Of a stretch of 64,000 nucleotides of DNA, positions 53,302 to 63,469 are shown in pieces. Within the stretch, counting starts at the first letter, position 1, and the number at the start of each line of letters is the position of its first letter. The notes below the pieces were generated by a model, which worked only from the letters and a program-made list of their open reading frames with translations, searched no databases and was not told the origin of the DNA. The position numbers and the translations under genes are program-made. Source of the DNA: an uncultured Candidatus Rokubacteria bacterium (GTDB lineage Bacteria > Methylomirabilota > Methylomirabilia > Rokubacteriales > DASRDR01); contig CAVPSB010000019.1 of assembly GCA_963708025.1 (NCBI GenBank), positions 256,001 through 320,000 on the forward strand, given 5' to 3'.

Positions 53302-53867
53302 GGCCGACTCCTGTCGGATTGGAGAGACTCCGGCGGCTGGGGTGGTGGAGGACCACGCGGAAGGTTGCTGCCATTGGTTCCGGGGCATCGAGACTCCGTC
53401 GGGACGATGAGTCGGGCGGCGCTAGCGTGGGCCCTTGCTAAAGCCCCGTCAAGATGAAAGATTTTGCACACCCGAAGGCGGCCGGTCCACGTGAGCACCG
53501 CCCCCGGCATCAGGGTCGTGAGGCCGGCTTCCGTGGACGTGAGGCTCGCAGGTACTCGCAGCAGGCTGAGTGCACTGCGCGCCGCTGACCACTGCCCGCA
53601 GTAGGCCCCGCCGCGCCCGCACGGACGTATGGGAGGCGCCGGACGCACTCGACCAACGCCGGTGAGCAAGGCTCGCCGTGCTGCTGGCGGCGAAAAGGCG
53701 TTACGAGGGTTCATGACGCCAGTCGCGCAGCGAAAGGGGGGCTCAGCTCGGCCCGCAAGTCCGACCCGGTTTCGAGGTCGAAGGATTCCGGTGCTGGCCT
53801 GGGGTTCACCGGAGTCTCGTGCGCGGCGCAGAGGCGGTGCCACCCAGCCGGGGCGGCTGCCAGCCGA

Positions 53868-54212
53868 TCAGTGACGCTCGGACGGTCGCCCCGAGGCCGT
53901 CTCCCCCGATGGTGTCCGCTCCCACCACCAGGCGAAGACGAGCGCCTGGAGCAGCGAGAGCCCGAGGAGGACCAGGTCGTTGGCGAGATAGAGGGAGACG
54001 AAGCCCCGGGTGAGCCGGCGCGCGGCCAGGATCGCGAGCATCGCCAGGACGAGGTTCGCGGCGAAGAAGACGAGCGTCAGGCCGACGCACTCGAGCATCC
54101 GGCCGGCCGCCACCCGGAGCCCGCGGCGGGGCAGCCCGAGCCCGCGGGCGCCGACCAGGAACGCCACGATGGACGTGCAGGCGACCAGGCCGAGGATGAA
54201 GGCGCCGCGCAT
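53868..54212 (-). CDS. Small membrane protein
   Basis: Three hydrophobic segments; co-oriented with the YdcF-like gene. Confidence 0.65.
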   Translation of the reverse strand: MRGAFILGLVACTSIVAFLVGARGLGLPRRGLRVAAGRMLECVGLTLVFFAANLVLAMLAILAARRLTRGFVSLYLANDLVLLGLSLLQALVFAWWWERTPSGETASGRPSERH

Positions 54213-54225
54213 GCGCAGTCGGGCG

Positions 54226-54864
54226 TTACGCGAAGCCCACGATCCGGTGGAGGAGACGGGCGGCCAGCTCGGCCAGGACCCGCCGCGTGAGGTCCAGCCG
54301 GCCCTCGGGGCGCGCGGCCGCGGCGAGGCTGTCGGCGAGGGCCGGGAGGACCTCGAAGCCGGCCCGCTCGAAGAGCCGCCTCGCCCGGACGAGGTGCTGG
54401 GAGTCCGTCACCAGCTGGATGCGCCGGGTGCCGCGGGGGGCGAGGAGGGCCTGGACGTGGGCCGCTTCCTCCGCGGTGGTCCAGGCCGTCGCCGTGAGCA
54501 CCGCCGCCGGCGGGATGCCAGCTCGGCGGCGAGGGCCGCCCGCACGGCCGGCTCGGCGGGCCGATCGGAGCGGGCAGGCGGCCCCGAGAAGACGGGAAGC
54601 GGCGCCAGCTGCCGGCGGTAGAGCCGGAGGCCGTGGATGGCCGAGCGGAGCGAGGGGGCTGACCAGGGATCTGTCCACCGCGACGTCGGCGCCCAGGATG
54701 ACGATCGCCTCGGCCGGTGCCAGCCGGGCCGGGATGTCGATCGATCGGGCCAGGACGACGGGCAGGGGCGTGAAGGCGGCCGCGGCGAGGCACGCCAGCC
54801 CGAGGAGGCCGAGGCCGCGGCAGAACCGCCTCACTCGCGCCGCCGGGACCGTCCTGCTCCGCAC
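54226..54864 (-). CDS. YdcF/DUF218 family protein, frameshifted in the middle
   Basis: AIVILG, TTAEEA, LVTDSQHLVRARRLFERAG. Confidence 0.8.
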   Translation of the reverse strand: MRSRTVPAARVRRFCRGLGLLGLACLAAAAFTPLPVVLARSIDIPARLAPAEAIVILGADVAVDRSLVSPLAPLGHPRPPALPPAAGAASRLLGAACPLRSARRAGRAGGPRRRAGIPPAAVLTATAWTTAEEAAHVQALLAPRGTRRIQLVTDSQHLVRARRLFERAGFEVLPALADSLAAAARPEGRLDLTRRVLAELAARLLHRIVGFA

Positions 54865-54992
54865 GGCTTCGTAGCATAGGAGACGGGCCCGGCGTGGCGA
54901 AGCGAAATCTGCGGGGCCCGGTCGGACCGGCGATTCAGTTAATTAGGAGTCGGTCGGAGTAAGCCGTGTCGCGTTCGGAGCGACGTGAGCGC

Positions 54993-55052
54993 CCGAGCGG
55001 CGGCATTGTCGCCGCAACCGAACGGGGGGTATCGGGGGGTCTTCCGAGACCC
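54993..55052. repeat. Family 2 repeat, second copy
   Basis: ccgagcggcg...cgccgcaaccgaacggggggtatcggggggtcttccgagaccc aligns to 19363-19429. Confidence 0.75.
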
Positions 55053-56233
55053 TAGCCCCAGGAGGGGCGGGGATCGGTCGTCAGGAGCCGGAAGATCGAG
55101 TCACGCCCGGCGTCCCCGTGCTGGCTCATCGAGACCAGCCGGCCCTCGGGGATGGACAGCCAGGCGTCCACGACGGCCGGGTCGAACTGGCCACCGGCGC
55201 CGTCGCGGATCTCCTGGCGCGCCGTCTCGAAGGCGAGGGCACGGCGGTACGGGCGATCCGACGTCATCGCGTCGAAGGCGTCGGCGACCGCCACCACCCG
55301 GGCCGGCAAGGGAATGTCGGCGCCCGTCAGCCCGTCCGGGTAGCCGCTGCCGTCGAAGCGCTCGTGGTGACCCTTGACCGCGTCCGATTCGAGGGCCAGG
55401 AAGCCGTACGGCTCGAGCAGGGCCGCCGCCGCCACCGGGTGGTGCTTGATGTGCGTGTACTCGTCCTCGGTGAGCGGGCCCGGCTTGAGGAGGATGCAGT
55501 CGGGCGTCGCGAGCTTCCCGAGGTCGTGGAGCAGGCCCGAGCGCCGCGCCACGCACACCTCGGCCGTGGAGAAGCCCATCACCCGCGCGATCTCCTCGGC
55601 ATACAGGGCGACCCGCATGGAGTGGCCCTGCAGGTAGCCGTTCCGGGAGGCCAGGGCGCTGACGAACGCGGACATCACCTGGGCGCTCTGCCGCTCCACG
55701 CTCTCCTGGAGACGGATGCGCTCGATCACCAGCGCGGTCGTCTGAGCGTAGCCGAGCAGCAGCTCCTTCTCGCGACGGAGGAACGGGTGCCCGTGAGGAT
55801 CCCGGCCGATGCAGAGGATCACCTGGGCCTGCCCGCGCTCGGGGACCACGGCACCCAGGACCCCGAGCCCGCGCTCTTCCCCGATCCAGGTCAGCGGCTC
55901 CTCGGTTCCGGCCCCGACCATCGCCTGGATGTGGGTTGCGAGCCGGCGCGTCAGGGTCGGCGAGCCGGCCTGCCGGCGGACCAGGTCCCCGGTGGCGCCC
56001 CGGGTGACGAACAGGGCGGCTTCGGCGTCGAGGCTGGTGACGACGGAGTCGAGGACGGCGGCGGAGAACGCGCGCCGGTCGGCGGCCTTCAGGCTCAGCT
56101 CTCCGATCCGCAGCAGGCCCTGGATCCCGAGAGCCCGTGAGGCGCGCTCGGGGCCGGAGGTGGTGCGGGTGACGGCGGTGGCGGCGGGCGCTCTCCGCGC
56201 GGCACCGTTCACGGGGCCGAGCACCGCTCTCAT
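55052..56233 (-). CDS. GAF-like + HD-GYP cyclic dinucleotide phosphodiesterase
   Basis: HSMRV, HDLGK, HHERFDGSGYPDG, VADAFDAMTSDRPYR. Confidence 0.9.
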   Translation of the reverse strand: MRAVLGPVNGAARRAPAATAVTRTTSGPERASRALGIQGLLRIGELSLKAADRRAFSAAVLDSVVTSLDAEAALFVTRGATGDLVRRQAGSPTLTRRLATHIQAMVGAGTEEPLTWIGEERGLGVLGAVVPERGQAQVILCIGRDPHGHPFLRREKELLLGYAQTTALVIERIRLQESVERQSAQVMSAFVSALASRNGYLQGHSMRVALYAEEIARVMGFSTAEVCVARRSGLLHDLGKLATPDCILLKPGPLTEDEYTHIKHHPVAAAALLEPYGFLALESDAVKGHHERFDGSGYPDGLTGADIPLPARVVAVADAFDAMTSDRPYRRALAFETARQEIRDGAGGQFDPAVVDAWLSIPEGRLVSMSQHGDAGRDSIFRLLTTDPRPSWG

Positions 56234-56599
56234 AGGCGGGTCCGCATGTGGGACGGCCTCCTCCCGGCCAGGCTCCCGAGGGCCTTCGCGCTTCACCGGC
56301 CCGGCGCCGGCTTCGCGCGCAACGCTGGGGCAACGCAATTCGCGTGCCCCCCGCCACGGCCGAGGTCACTTTCATTGAAATCACCAGGTTAGGAGGTGGA
56401 CCCCGTAACGGGCGCGTCCCGGGTGGGAGGGCCTGGTTCGGACGCGGCCGGCGGGGAGCGGCCCGAGCGGTCCGTTTCTGGGCAGTGCGGCGGTCGCAGG
56501 AGCGCGTGCGGGAATCGGTCGCCTGCGATTTGCCGTGCTCCGCCTATCCCAAGACTGCGACCGCGGCCCGGCAGCGGAGGACCGTGTAGGCGTCCGGGA

Positions 56600-56878
56600 G
56601 CCTGGGCCAGCCCGACCGTTCATCGACCGTCTCGGTCGGACAGACCTCGACCGGCAACGCTGTGATCCTCGTCTCTCAGGAGTAACTCGAGCGCCAGTGG
56701 ACCAACCACGAGCACCGCAGCGCCCAGGCCAGGGCGCTCGAGGAACGCGGCGGCGAGTACATCCTCCCCGTCAAGGGTGGACAACGCTGCGTTACCCGGA
56801 ATGCCACCGACCCTCGGCTACGTTCTCGGCACCGGGGAAATCGCCCAGCTCCTCGTGAAGAAACGCCAAGTATCCTAG
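56600..56878 (+). pseudogene. Decayed TIR-domain gene
   Basis: AVILVSQE*LERQWTNHEHRSAQARALEERGGEYILPVK / VDNAALPGMPPTLGYV; in-frame TAA plus frameshifts; 5' end lost. Confidence 0.8.
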
Positions 56879-57117
56879 ATCGGTCTAATCCATGCGGCCC
56901 CTCACGCCGTCGATCGCCAACCGTAGTTGTTAAACGACAGACCGGGGCTCTTGCGGGTGGGGCGACGCTCCGCCCAGGGCACGCTAGATTCCGAACACCC
57001 CGGGGACGCACTGCCGCGGTGACGCCAGGCGCCGGCCGGAGGAGCGGGAGGAGCCGAAAGGTGCTTGGGACGGCCTAGGTTCGCCGCCGCAAGGCGCCCT
57101 GTCCGATCGGGCCGCTC

Positions 57118-57462
57118 TTACCCCACCGGCACCAGGACTCGCACTTCGCGGCGCAGTCGGTCGCCGAGCCGGTCCTTCTCGATCTCGAGATCGTAGCGGG
57201 CCTGGAGGTTCAACCAGAAGCGCTCCGAAGTCCCGAAGTGGCGCGCCAACCGCAGCGCCGTATCCGCCGTCACCGCGCGCTTGCCGTGAACGATCTCGTT
57301 GATGCGCCGGGGCGGAACTGTCAGCGCCTTCGCCAGTCGGTACTGGCTGATCCCAAGCGGCCGCAGGAACTCTTCCTGCAGGATCTCCCCCGGCGACACG
57401 GGTGATGGTTTGCGCCCTCGTCCCTGCGCCGATGGCCTAGTGATAGTCGACGATCTCGACAT
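57118..57462 (-). CDS. higA: HigA antitoxin (start uncertain)
   Basis: PGEILQEEFL, SQYRLAK, RINEIVHGKRAVTADTALRL, FWLNLQARYD. Confidence 0.92.
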   Translation of the reverse strand: MSRSSTITRPSAQGRGRKPSPVSPGEILQEEFLRPLGISQYRLAKALTVPPRRINEIVHGKRAVTADTALRLARHFGTSERFWLNLQARYDLEIEKDRLGDRLRREVRVLVPVG

Positions 57463-57718
57463 CCTGCGCGTCACCTTCCTTCCAGCGAAAGCACACCCGC
57501 CACTGATCGTTGATGCGAATGCTGTGTTGTCCGGCCCGATTCCCGGTCAGCTTCTCGAGACGGTTCCCGGGTGGCACCCGGAGATCCTCGATCGATTCCG
57601 CGGCGTCGAGGAGCACCAACTTGCGCAGTGCGACTCGCCGCACGTCCGGAGGGAGCTTCCGGACCGGTTCGCGTCGGAACAGCCGCTCCGTCTCGCGGTC
57701 CCGGAAGCTCCGGATCAT
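57437..57718 (-). CDS. higB: HigB toxin (RelE/ParE family)
   Basis: MIRSFRDRETE, DLRVPPGNRLEKL, SIRINDQWRVCF, VEIVDYH. Confidence 0.95.
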   Translation of the reverse strand: MIRSFRDRETERLFRREPVRKLPPDVRRVALRKLVLLDAAESIEDLRVPPGNRLEKLTGNRAGQHSIRINDQWRVCFRWKEGDAQDVEIVDYH

Positions 57719-57745
57719 CTATGAGCAAGCTTAACGCGTTGCGAT

Positions 57746-57764
57746 CATAACGACAAGCGTTATG
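57746..57764. promoter_or_regulatory. Putative HigA operator
   Basis: Perfect inverted repeat CATAACG-N5-CGTTATG just upstream of higB; degenerate second site at 57732-57747. Confidence 0.65.
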
Positions 57765-57850
57765 GTCTGGAGTGACCACGTGGCCGCCTTGGTCTCTGAG
57801 GATCCGCTTGGGGAACCCCTGCGTGGCTCGGGCCTCGGCTGGTGGCATTC

Positions 57851-58756
57851 CTAGCGCTCCCGGTTGACGAGGTAGATGCCCGCCGCCACCAGGGCAGCGC
57901 CGCCGGCCAGCACCCCGCTCACCGACTCGTCGAGCAGGAGCGCGCCGGCGGCCAGGCCCAGCAGCGGCGTCCAGAAGGTGAAGGCGGCCATCTGGGAGGC
58001 CGGGTAGCGCGTCAGCAGCCAGAACCAGGCGAGGTAGCTCGCGAAGGCGATGACGAGCGTCTGGTAGGCGAGCGCGCCGAGGACGAGCGGGGTGGGGCGG
58101 GTCAGGCCGGGCTCGCCGGTGAGCGCGGCGAGCCCGAGCAGCGCGATCGCCGAGCCGGCGAGCTGGTAGAAGAGGGTCTTCGGCGGGCTCACCGACCGGC
58201 CGCGCGCCTTGACGACCAGGGTCGTCGCCCCCCACAGGATCGCGCCGACCAGCTCCATCCCGTCCCCGAGCAGCTCTCGCCGCGAGGGCAGCCGGAGGCC
58301 ATCGGCGAAGGCGAGGACGATTCCGGCGAAGGCGCACACGAGGCCGAGCACCTTCGCGCGGTGGAGGCGCTCGCCGGGCAGGAGCCAGTGGGCCCCGAGC
58401 GCGACGACGAACGGCGCGGTGTAGATGAACAGCACCGCCCGGGAGGCGGCGGTGTAGGTGAGACCCCAGTAGATGAAGACGAACTCGAGCGCGAACAGCG
58501 CGGCGATGGTGGCGCCGTAGCCGAGGGAGCCGTCACGCCGGAAGAGTGGGATGCCGCGGGCGGCGGCCCACGCCCACACGCAGAGGGCGGCCCCCGCCGA
58601 GCGGATGCCGGCCTGGTAGAGTGGCGAGATCCCGGCGTTGGCGATCTTGATCGAGACCTGCCCGAGCCCCCAGAGGGCGCAGAGGCCCAGCAGGAGCGCC
58701 ATCGCCGGCCAGTCGAGGGCCTCAGGCTTCGTCGCCGGGAGCCGGGTCGGGCGCAC
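57851..58756 (-). CDS. DMT/EamA family transporter
   Basis: About 10 TM; LWGLGQV, YTAPF, GAILWG, FWLLTRY. Confidence 0.9.
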   Translation of the reverse strand: MRPTRLPATKPEALDWPAMALLLGLCALWGLGQVSIKIANAGISPLYQAGIRSAGAALCVWAWAAARGIPLFRRDGSLGYGATIAALFALEFVFIYWGLTYTAASRAVLFIYTAPFVVALGAHWLLPGERLHRAKVLGLVCAFAGIVLAFADGLRLPSRRELLGDGMELVGAILWGATTLVVKARGRSVSPPKTLFYQLAGSAIALLGLAALTGEPGLTRPTPLVLGALAYQTLVIAFASYLAWFWLLTRYPASQMAAFTFWTPLLGLAAGALLLDESVSGVLAGGAALVAAGIYLVNRER

Positions 58757-58841
58757 GATCCGTCATCATATACCGCCTCGCCGGATTGACAGGCGCGCGA
58801 GTCGCGTGGTAAGGCTGGGCCGCGCGCTCGTCGCGCGACCC

Positions 58842-60260
58842 ATGCCAGCGACCGTCGACCTGATCCTCCACGGCGGCACCATCGTCACCGCCTCCGACGC
58901 CTACGAGGCGAGCGTCGCCGTCCACGGCGAGAAGATCGTGGCCATCGGGCCGGCGTCGATGCTGCCGGACGCCCGGCGCGCCATCGATGTCGGCGGGAAG
59001 CTCGTCTTCCCGGGCGCCATCGACTGCCACGTCCACCTGGGCTCCGAGTACGACGACTGGCGCGGCGGCCCCATCGCCGCCGCACACGCCGGGCTGACGA
59101 CCCTGGTGGGCTTCGGCCTCTACGACGACCGGGCCCGGGAGACGCTGCCCCAGGCGATCGGGCGGCTGCGGGAGGAGACGGGCCGGCAGTCCGTCCTCGA
59201 CTTCGGCTTCCACTTCATCCTGACCAACCAGCCCTACATCCTGGACGGCATCCCGGAGGCCATCCGGCTCGGCGTCAGTTCGTTCAAGCTCTTCATGACC
59301 TACAAGAAGCGCGGGAACCGGATGTGCTCCGACGACTTCATCTGCCAGGTGATGGAGCGGGTCGCGGCGCACGGCGGGGTGACCCAGCTCCACTGCGAGA
59401 ACGGCGACGTCATCGAGTACCTGGAGAACAAGGCGATCGCCGAGGGCCGGGTCCAGCCCACGGAGTTCCCGGCCACCTGCCCCGACTGGGTGGAGGAGGA
59501 GGCGATCAACCGGGCCATCAAGATGGGGGCGCTGACCGGCTCCCCGGTGTACGTGGTCCACCTCTCGAGCCAGCTCGGGCTGGAGCGGATCAAGCAGGCC
59601 CAGGCGACCGGCCAGCGCGTGTGGACGGAGACCTGCCCCCAGTACCTCCTCCTCACCGAGAACGAGATGGAGCGCTGGGGGCCGCTGGCCAAGATCGGGC
59701 CGCCCCTGCGCCCGGCCGCCGGCCCCGACCGGGAGGCGCTCTGGCGCGGGTCCGCCCAGGGCTACATCGCGACCGTCGGGAGCGACCACTCGGCGCGCCC
59801 GAAGGCGGCCAAGGCGGCCGGGTGGAAGAACATCTTCGTCGACGAGGAGGGCCGCTCGATCCCGTTCGGCGCCCCCTCGCTGGAGACGATGGTGCCGCTC
59901 ATGTACAGCGAGGGCGTGGTCAAGCGCGGGCTACCGCTCTCGTGGATGGCGCGCGTGCTGGCCGAGAACCCGGCCCGGATCTTCGGGCTCTACCCCCGCA
60001 AGGGGGCGATCCGCGCCGGCGCCGACGCGGACTTCCTGATCGTCGACCCCGAGGCGTCGTGGACGATCCGGGTCGTCGACCACCTCGGGGTGGCGGGCTG
60101 GACGCTCTACGAGGGCTGGCCGGTGCGGGGGCGCCCGTGGATGACGCTCCTCCGGGGCCGCGTGCTCCTGAACCAGGGGAAGCTGGAGCAGGTGCCGGGC
60201 TACGGCCAGTATCTCGCCCGCACCGGCCCCATCTCGCCCGTCGCCGGCCCGGCCCGCTGA
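58842..60260 (+). CDS. Cyclic amidohydrolase (dihydropyrimidinase/hydantoinase family)
   Basis: PGAIDCHVH, SSFKLFMTY, LHCEN, VVHLSS, ETCPQYL, GSDH, NPARIFGL. Confidence 0.9.
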   Translation: MPATVDLILHGGTIVTASDAYEASVAVHGEKIVAIGPASMLPDARRAIDVGGKLVFPGAIDCHVHLGSEYDDWRGGPIAAAHAGLTTLVGFGLYDDRARETLPQAIGRLREETGRQSVLDFGFHFILTNQPYILDGIPEAIRLGVSSFKLFMTYKKRGNRMCSDDFICQVMERVAAHGGVTQLHCENGDVIEYLENKAIAEGRVQPTEFPATCPDWVEEEAINRAIKMGALTGSPVYVVHLSSQLGLERIKQAQATGQRVWTETCPQYLLLTENEMERWGPLAKIGPPLRPAAGPDREALWRGSAQGYIATVGSDHSARPKAAKAAGWKNIFVDEEGRSIPFGAPSLETMVPLMYSEGVVKRGLPLSWMARVLAENPARIFGLYPRKGAIRAGADADFLIVDPEASWTIRVVDHLGVAGWTLYEGWPVRGRPWMTLLRGRVLLNQGKLEQVPGYGQYLARTGPISPVAGPAR

Positions 60261-60269
60261 CGGGGAGTC

Positions 60270-61785
60270 GTGACCGGTCACGCCGTGCTCGTCCGGGGCG
60301 GGCGCCTCGTGGGGGCCGCCGGCGCGGGGGCGGCGCCCGCCGACGTGCTGATCACCGGCGACCGCATCGCCACGGTCGGTCCCGCGCTCGCCGCACCGCC
60401 CGGCACGCCCGAGCTGGACGCGTCGGGCTGCCTGGTCCTGCCCGGCCTGGTGAACGCGCACACCCACGCCCACAACAACCTGCTCCGCGGGCTCGCCGGG
60501 CGCTGGACGCTGGAGGACCTCCTCAGCCACGCGCCGGCCCTCAACGGGGGGCGGACCCCCGAGGACCACTACCTCTCGGCCGCCCTCGGGGCGATCGAGA
60601 TGCTGAAGACCGGGTGCACCGCGGCCTACGACCTCGTCATGGCGGCCCCGGCGCCGACGGAGGACGACCTCGACGCGGTCGTCCGAGCATACGCGGACGT
60701 CGGGCTGCGGGTGGTCGTCGCGCCGGCGCTGGCCGACGGGATCTTCTACCGGACGGTGCCCGGTCTCCTCGACCGCCTGCCTCCCGGGCTCCGCGCGGCC
60801 GTCGAGGGCCTCCGGGCGGCGCCGACCGACGGCCTGCTCCGGCTCACCGACGAGGCGATCCGCCGGTGGCACGGGGCGGCCGGTGGCCGCGTCCGCGTCG
60901 CGGTGGCCCCGACGATTCCCGGGCTGTGCAGCGACGCCTTCCTCGCCGGCTGCGCGCGGCTGGCCCGCGAGCACGGGGTGAGCGTCCACACCCATCTGCT
61001 GGAGTCGAAGGTCCAGGCGGTCTCGGCGAGCCGGCGGTGGGGGCGGAGCGTCGTGGCCCAGCTCGCCGAGATCGGGCTGCTCGGACCCGGGTTCGTGGGA
61101 GCCCACGGGGTGTGGCTGACCGACGAGGACATCCGCCGCCTGGCCGACGCCGGCGCCGGCATCGCCCACAACCCCGCCAGCAATCTGAAGCTCGGCAGCG
61201 GCATCGCCCCCGTGCGGGAGCTGCTCGATCGCGGGGTGACGGTGGGCCTCGGCACCGACGGGTCGATGAGCTCGGACAACCAGAACGTCTTCGAGGCGAT
61301 GCGCTTCGCCGCGCTGCTCGGCTGTGTCCGCTTCCCCCACGACCCGGAGCGCTGGCTCGACGCCGGCGTGGCGTGGCGGCTGGCCACGGCGGGCGGGGCG
61401 CGGCTCCTGGGACTCGCCGACGAGATCGGCGCGATCGAGCCGGGACGGAAGGCCGACCTCGTCCTCGTCCGGGCCGACTCCACCTTCCTCCGGCCGCTGA
61501 ACCACGCGCTCAACGCGCTCGTGTACGCCGAGACCGGAGCCAGCGTCGAACACGGTCCTCGTGGACGGGCGCGTCGCGCTCGAGCACGGCCGGGTGGTCG
61601 GCGTCAACGAGGGGCGAATCCGGCTGCGGGCCCAGGACGCTGCCGATCGACTGCGAGCGCGAAACCAGGACGCCTGGGCATTCGCCGCCGAGCTTCAGCC
61701 CTATCTCGGCGCAGCGTGCCGGGCGGCGGTGGCCGAGCCCTACCCCGTCAACCGCTACGCGGCCCCATCCAAATGGTGGAGCTGA
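60270..61785 (+). CDS. Amidohydrolase (AtzA/TrzN/MTA-deaminase family); frameshift near 61550
   Basis: PGLVNAHTH, HTHLLES, AHGVWL, HNPASNLKLGSG, LGTDG; C-terminus continues in ORF 61561..61785. Confidence 0.9.
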
Positions 61786-61835
61786 AGCGCCATCTGGCGT
61801 CTCGGTCAAGCCCTCGGCGGCATCTGCCCCGCGGG

Positions 61836-62360
61836 CTAGACCACGGCTTCGCGCAGTCGGGCCCGGAGCGCCTCGAAGCGCGGCCGGAGCGCGTCGGCGG
61901 CGCCCGTGGTCCGGGCCAGGTCCTCGAGGTCGCGGTAGTGCTCCTCGGCCTCCTTGAGCATCGCCAGGAGCTGGCCCTTGCCCCGGCCGGGGGCGTGGGG
62001 CGCGATGAAGAGGACGCGCGGCAGCTCCCCCTCCTCCCAGCGGAGGGCCAGCTCGACGGCGTCGCGCTCGGTCAGGTCCGGCCGGGCCGCCTCGGCCTCC
62101 AGCGCCCCCAGGGCCTCCGCCTCGCGCGCGAGGTCGTCGGGGTCGGCGGGGACGTCGGGCTTGGGTCCCGTCCACCGCCACATGTGGGCCCAGTCCAGGC
62201 ACAGCATGAAGATCGCGTGGTGGCTCGCCTCGGTGTTCATGCACTCGCGCCACAGCCGGGCGCTCTTGCCGTCGCCGAAGCGCTCCGCCAGGGTCCGGTA
62301 GAAGTCGATGCCGCGCCGCTCGAAGCCCCGGAACGCCTCGAGCGCGGCCATGATTTCCAT
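61836..62360 (-). CDS. Ferritin-like/rubrerythrin-like protein
   Basis: FE...FY, TEASH, WEEGE, EEHY diiron-type ExxH pattern. Confidence 0.65.
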   Translation of the reverse strand: MEIMAALEAFRGFERRGIDFYRTLAERFGDGKSARLWRECMNTEASHHAIFMLCLDWAHMWRWTGPKPDVPADPDDLAREAEALGALEAEAARPDLTERDAVELALRWEEGELPRVLFIAPHAPGRGKGQLLAMLKEAEEHYRDLEDLARTTGAADALRPRFEALRARLREAVV

Positions 62361-62434
62361 AGGTGCGCGCTCCTTTCCGTCGGATTATATCCCGGCGCGC
62401 GATTGCGCGGCCTCGAGGGGGGACGCCCGTGACG

Positions 62435-62960
62435 ATGTCCGACTACATGCGCCGGCTGCGGGGGAAGATCGGCACGGACCTGGTGCAGCTGCCGTCGGTG
62501 ACCGTCCTGGCGCGCGACGGCCGGGAGCGCGTGCTCCTGGTCCGGCACGCCGAGACGGGCTCGTGGGTCCTCCCGGGCGGCGCGGTCGAGCCCCACGAGG
62601 TGCCGGCGGACGCCGCGGTCCGCGAGATGTGGGAAGAGACCGGGATCCGCGTCGAGCTGCTGCCGCGTCCTCGGAGTCTACGGCGGGCCCGAGTTCCACG
62701 TCACCTACGGGAACGGCGACGAGGTCTCGTTCGTCATGACCGCGTTCGAGGGCCGCCCGGTGAGCGGGGAGCCGCGGGCGGACGGCGAGGAGATCCTGGA
62801 GGTCCGCTGGGTCGCGCCGGCCGACGCCGCGCTTCTTTCGATGCCGGCCTGGGTCGGATTGGTCCTGACCGATGCCCTCGGCGATCGGAGCCGGACGCAC
62901 TTCCGCGCGCCGACCTGGACCCCACCCGGGCCGGTGACCCCCAGGGATGGGGTCCCTTGA
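62435..62960 (+). CDS. NUDIX hydrolase; frameshift near 62665
   Basis: GGAVEPHEVPADAAVREMWEETG Nudix box; continues GVYGGPEFHVTYGNGD...DGEEILEVRW. Confidence 0.88.
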
Positions 62961-62985
62961 CACCGGAGGGGGCCGTCAGTAGGGT
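62957..62985 (+). promoter_or_regulatory. Putative sigma70 promoter of rpiB-glyA
   Basis: TTGACA, 17 bp, TAGGGT. Confidence 0.55.
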
Positions 62986-63000
62986 GGGGGCGGATCGACG

Positions 63001-63468
63001 ATGATCGCGCTTGGCGCCGACCACGCCGGCTGGCAGCTCAAAGAGGAGATCAAGGCCTGGCTCCTCGGCCGGAACCTCGAGGTCACCGATCTCGGCACCC
63101 ACTCCCCCGATCCCGTGGACTACCCCGACTACGCGGCCCAGGTCGCGGAGGCCGTCGCCTCGGGCAAGGCCGCGCGCGGCATCCTGGTCTGCGGCACCGG
63201 GATCGGGACGGCCATGACCGCGAACAAGGTGCCGGGGGTCCGGGCGGCCTTCTGCCCGGATCTTTTCACCGCGCGCACGAGCCGGGAGCACAACGACGCC
63301 AACGTCCTGACCCTCGGCGGCCGGCTGACCGGCACCGAGCTGGCGCTCGAGATCGTCGAGATGTGGCTCCGGAGCGAGTTCCAGGGTGGGCGTCACAGCC
63401 GGCGCCTGGGGAAGATCACCGAGCTGGAGCACCGCTACCGCGGGGGTGGGACGGGCGGGGAGGCGTAG
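63001..63468 (+). CDS. rpiB: Ribose 5-phosphate isomerase B
   Basis: [38 protein letters not shown]. Confidence 0.96.
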   Translation: MIALGADHAGWQLKEEIKAWLLGRNLEVTDLGTHSPDPVDYPDYAAQVAEAVASGKAARGILVCGTGIGTAMTANKVPGVRAAFCPDLFTARTSREHNDANVLTLGGRLTGTELALEIVEMWLRSEFQGGRHSRRLGKITELEHRYRGGGTGGEA

Positions 63469-63469
63469 C

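Noticed and set aside
56883..56935. Possible integron attC site (GTCTAAT ... GTTAAAC) after the TIR relic
   Set aside because: R boxes pair imperfectly, there is no convincing L-box stem, and no integrase or second site nearby.
60270..62432. 720-aa extended amidohydrolase
   Set aside because: The extension results from a frameshift near 61550 and overlaps the antisense ferritin-like gene; the real C-terminus is in 61561..61785.
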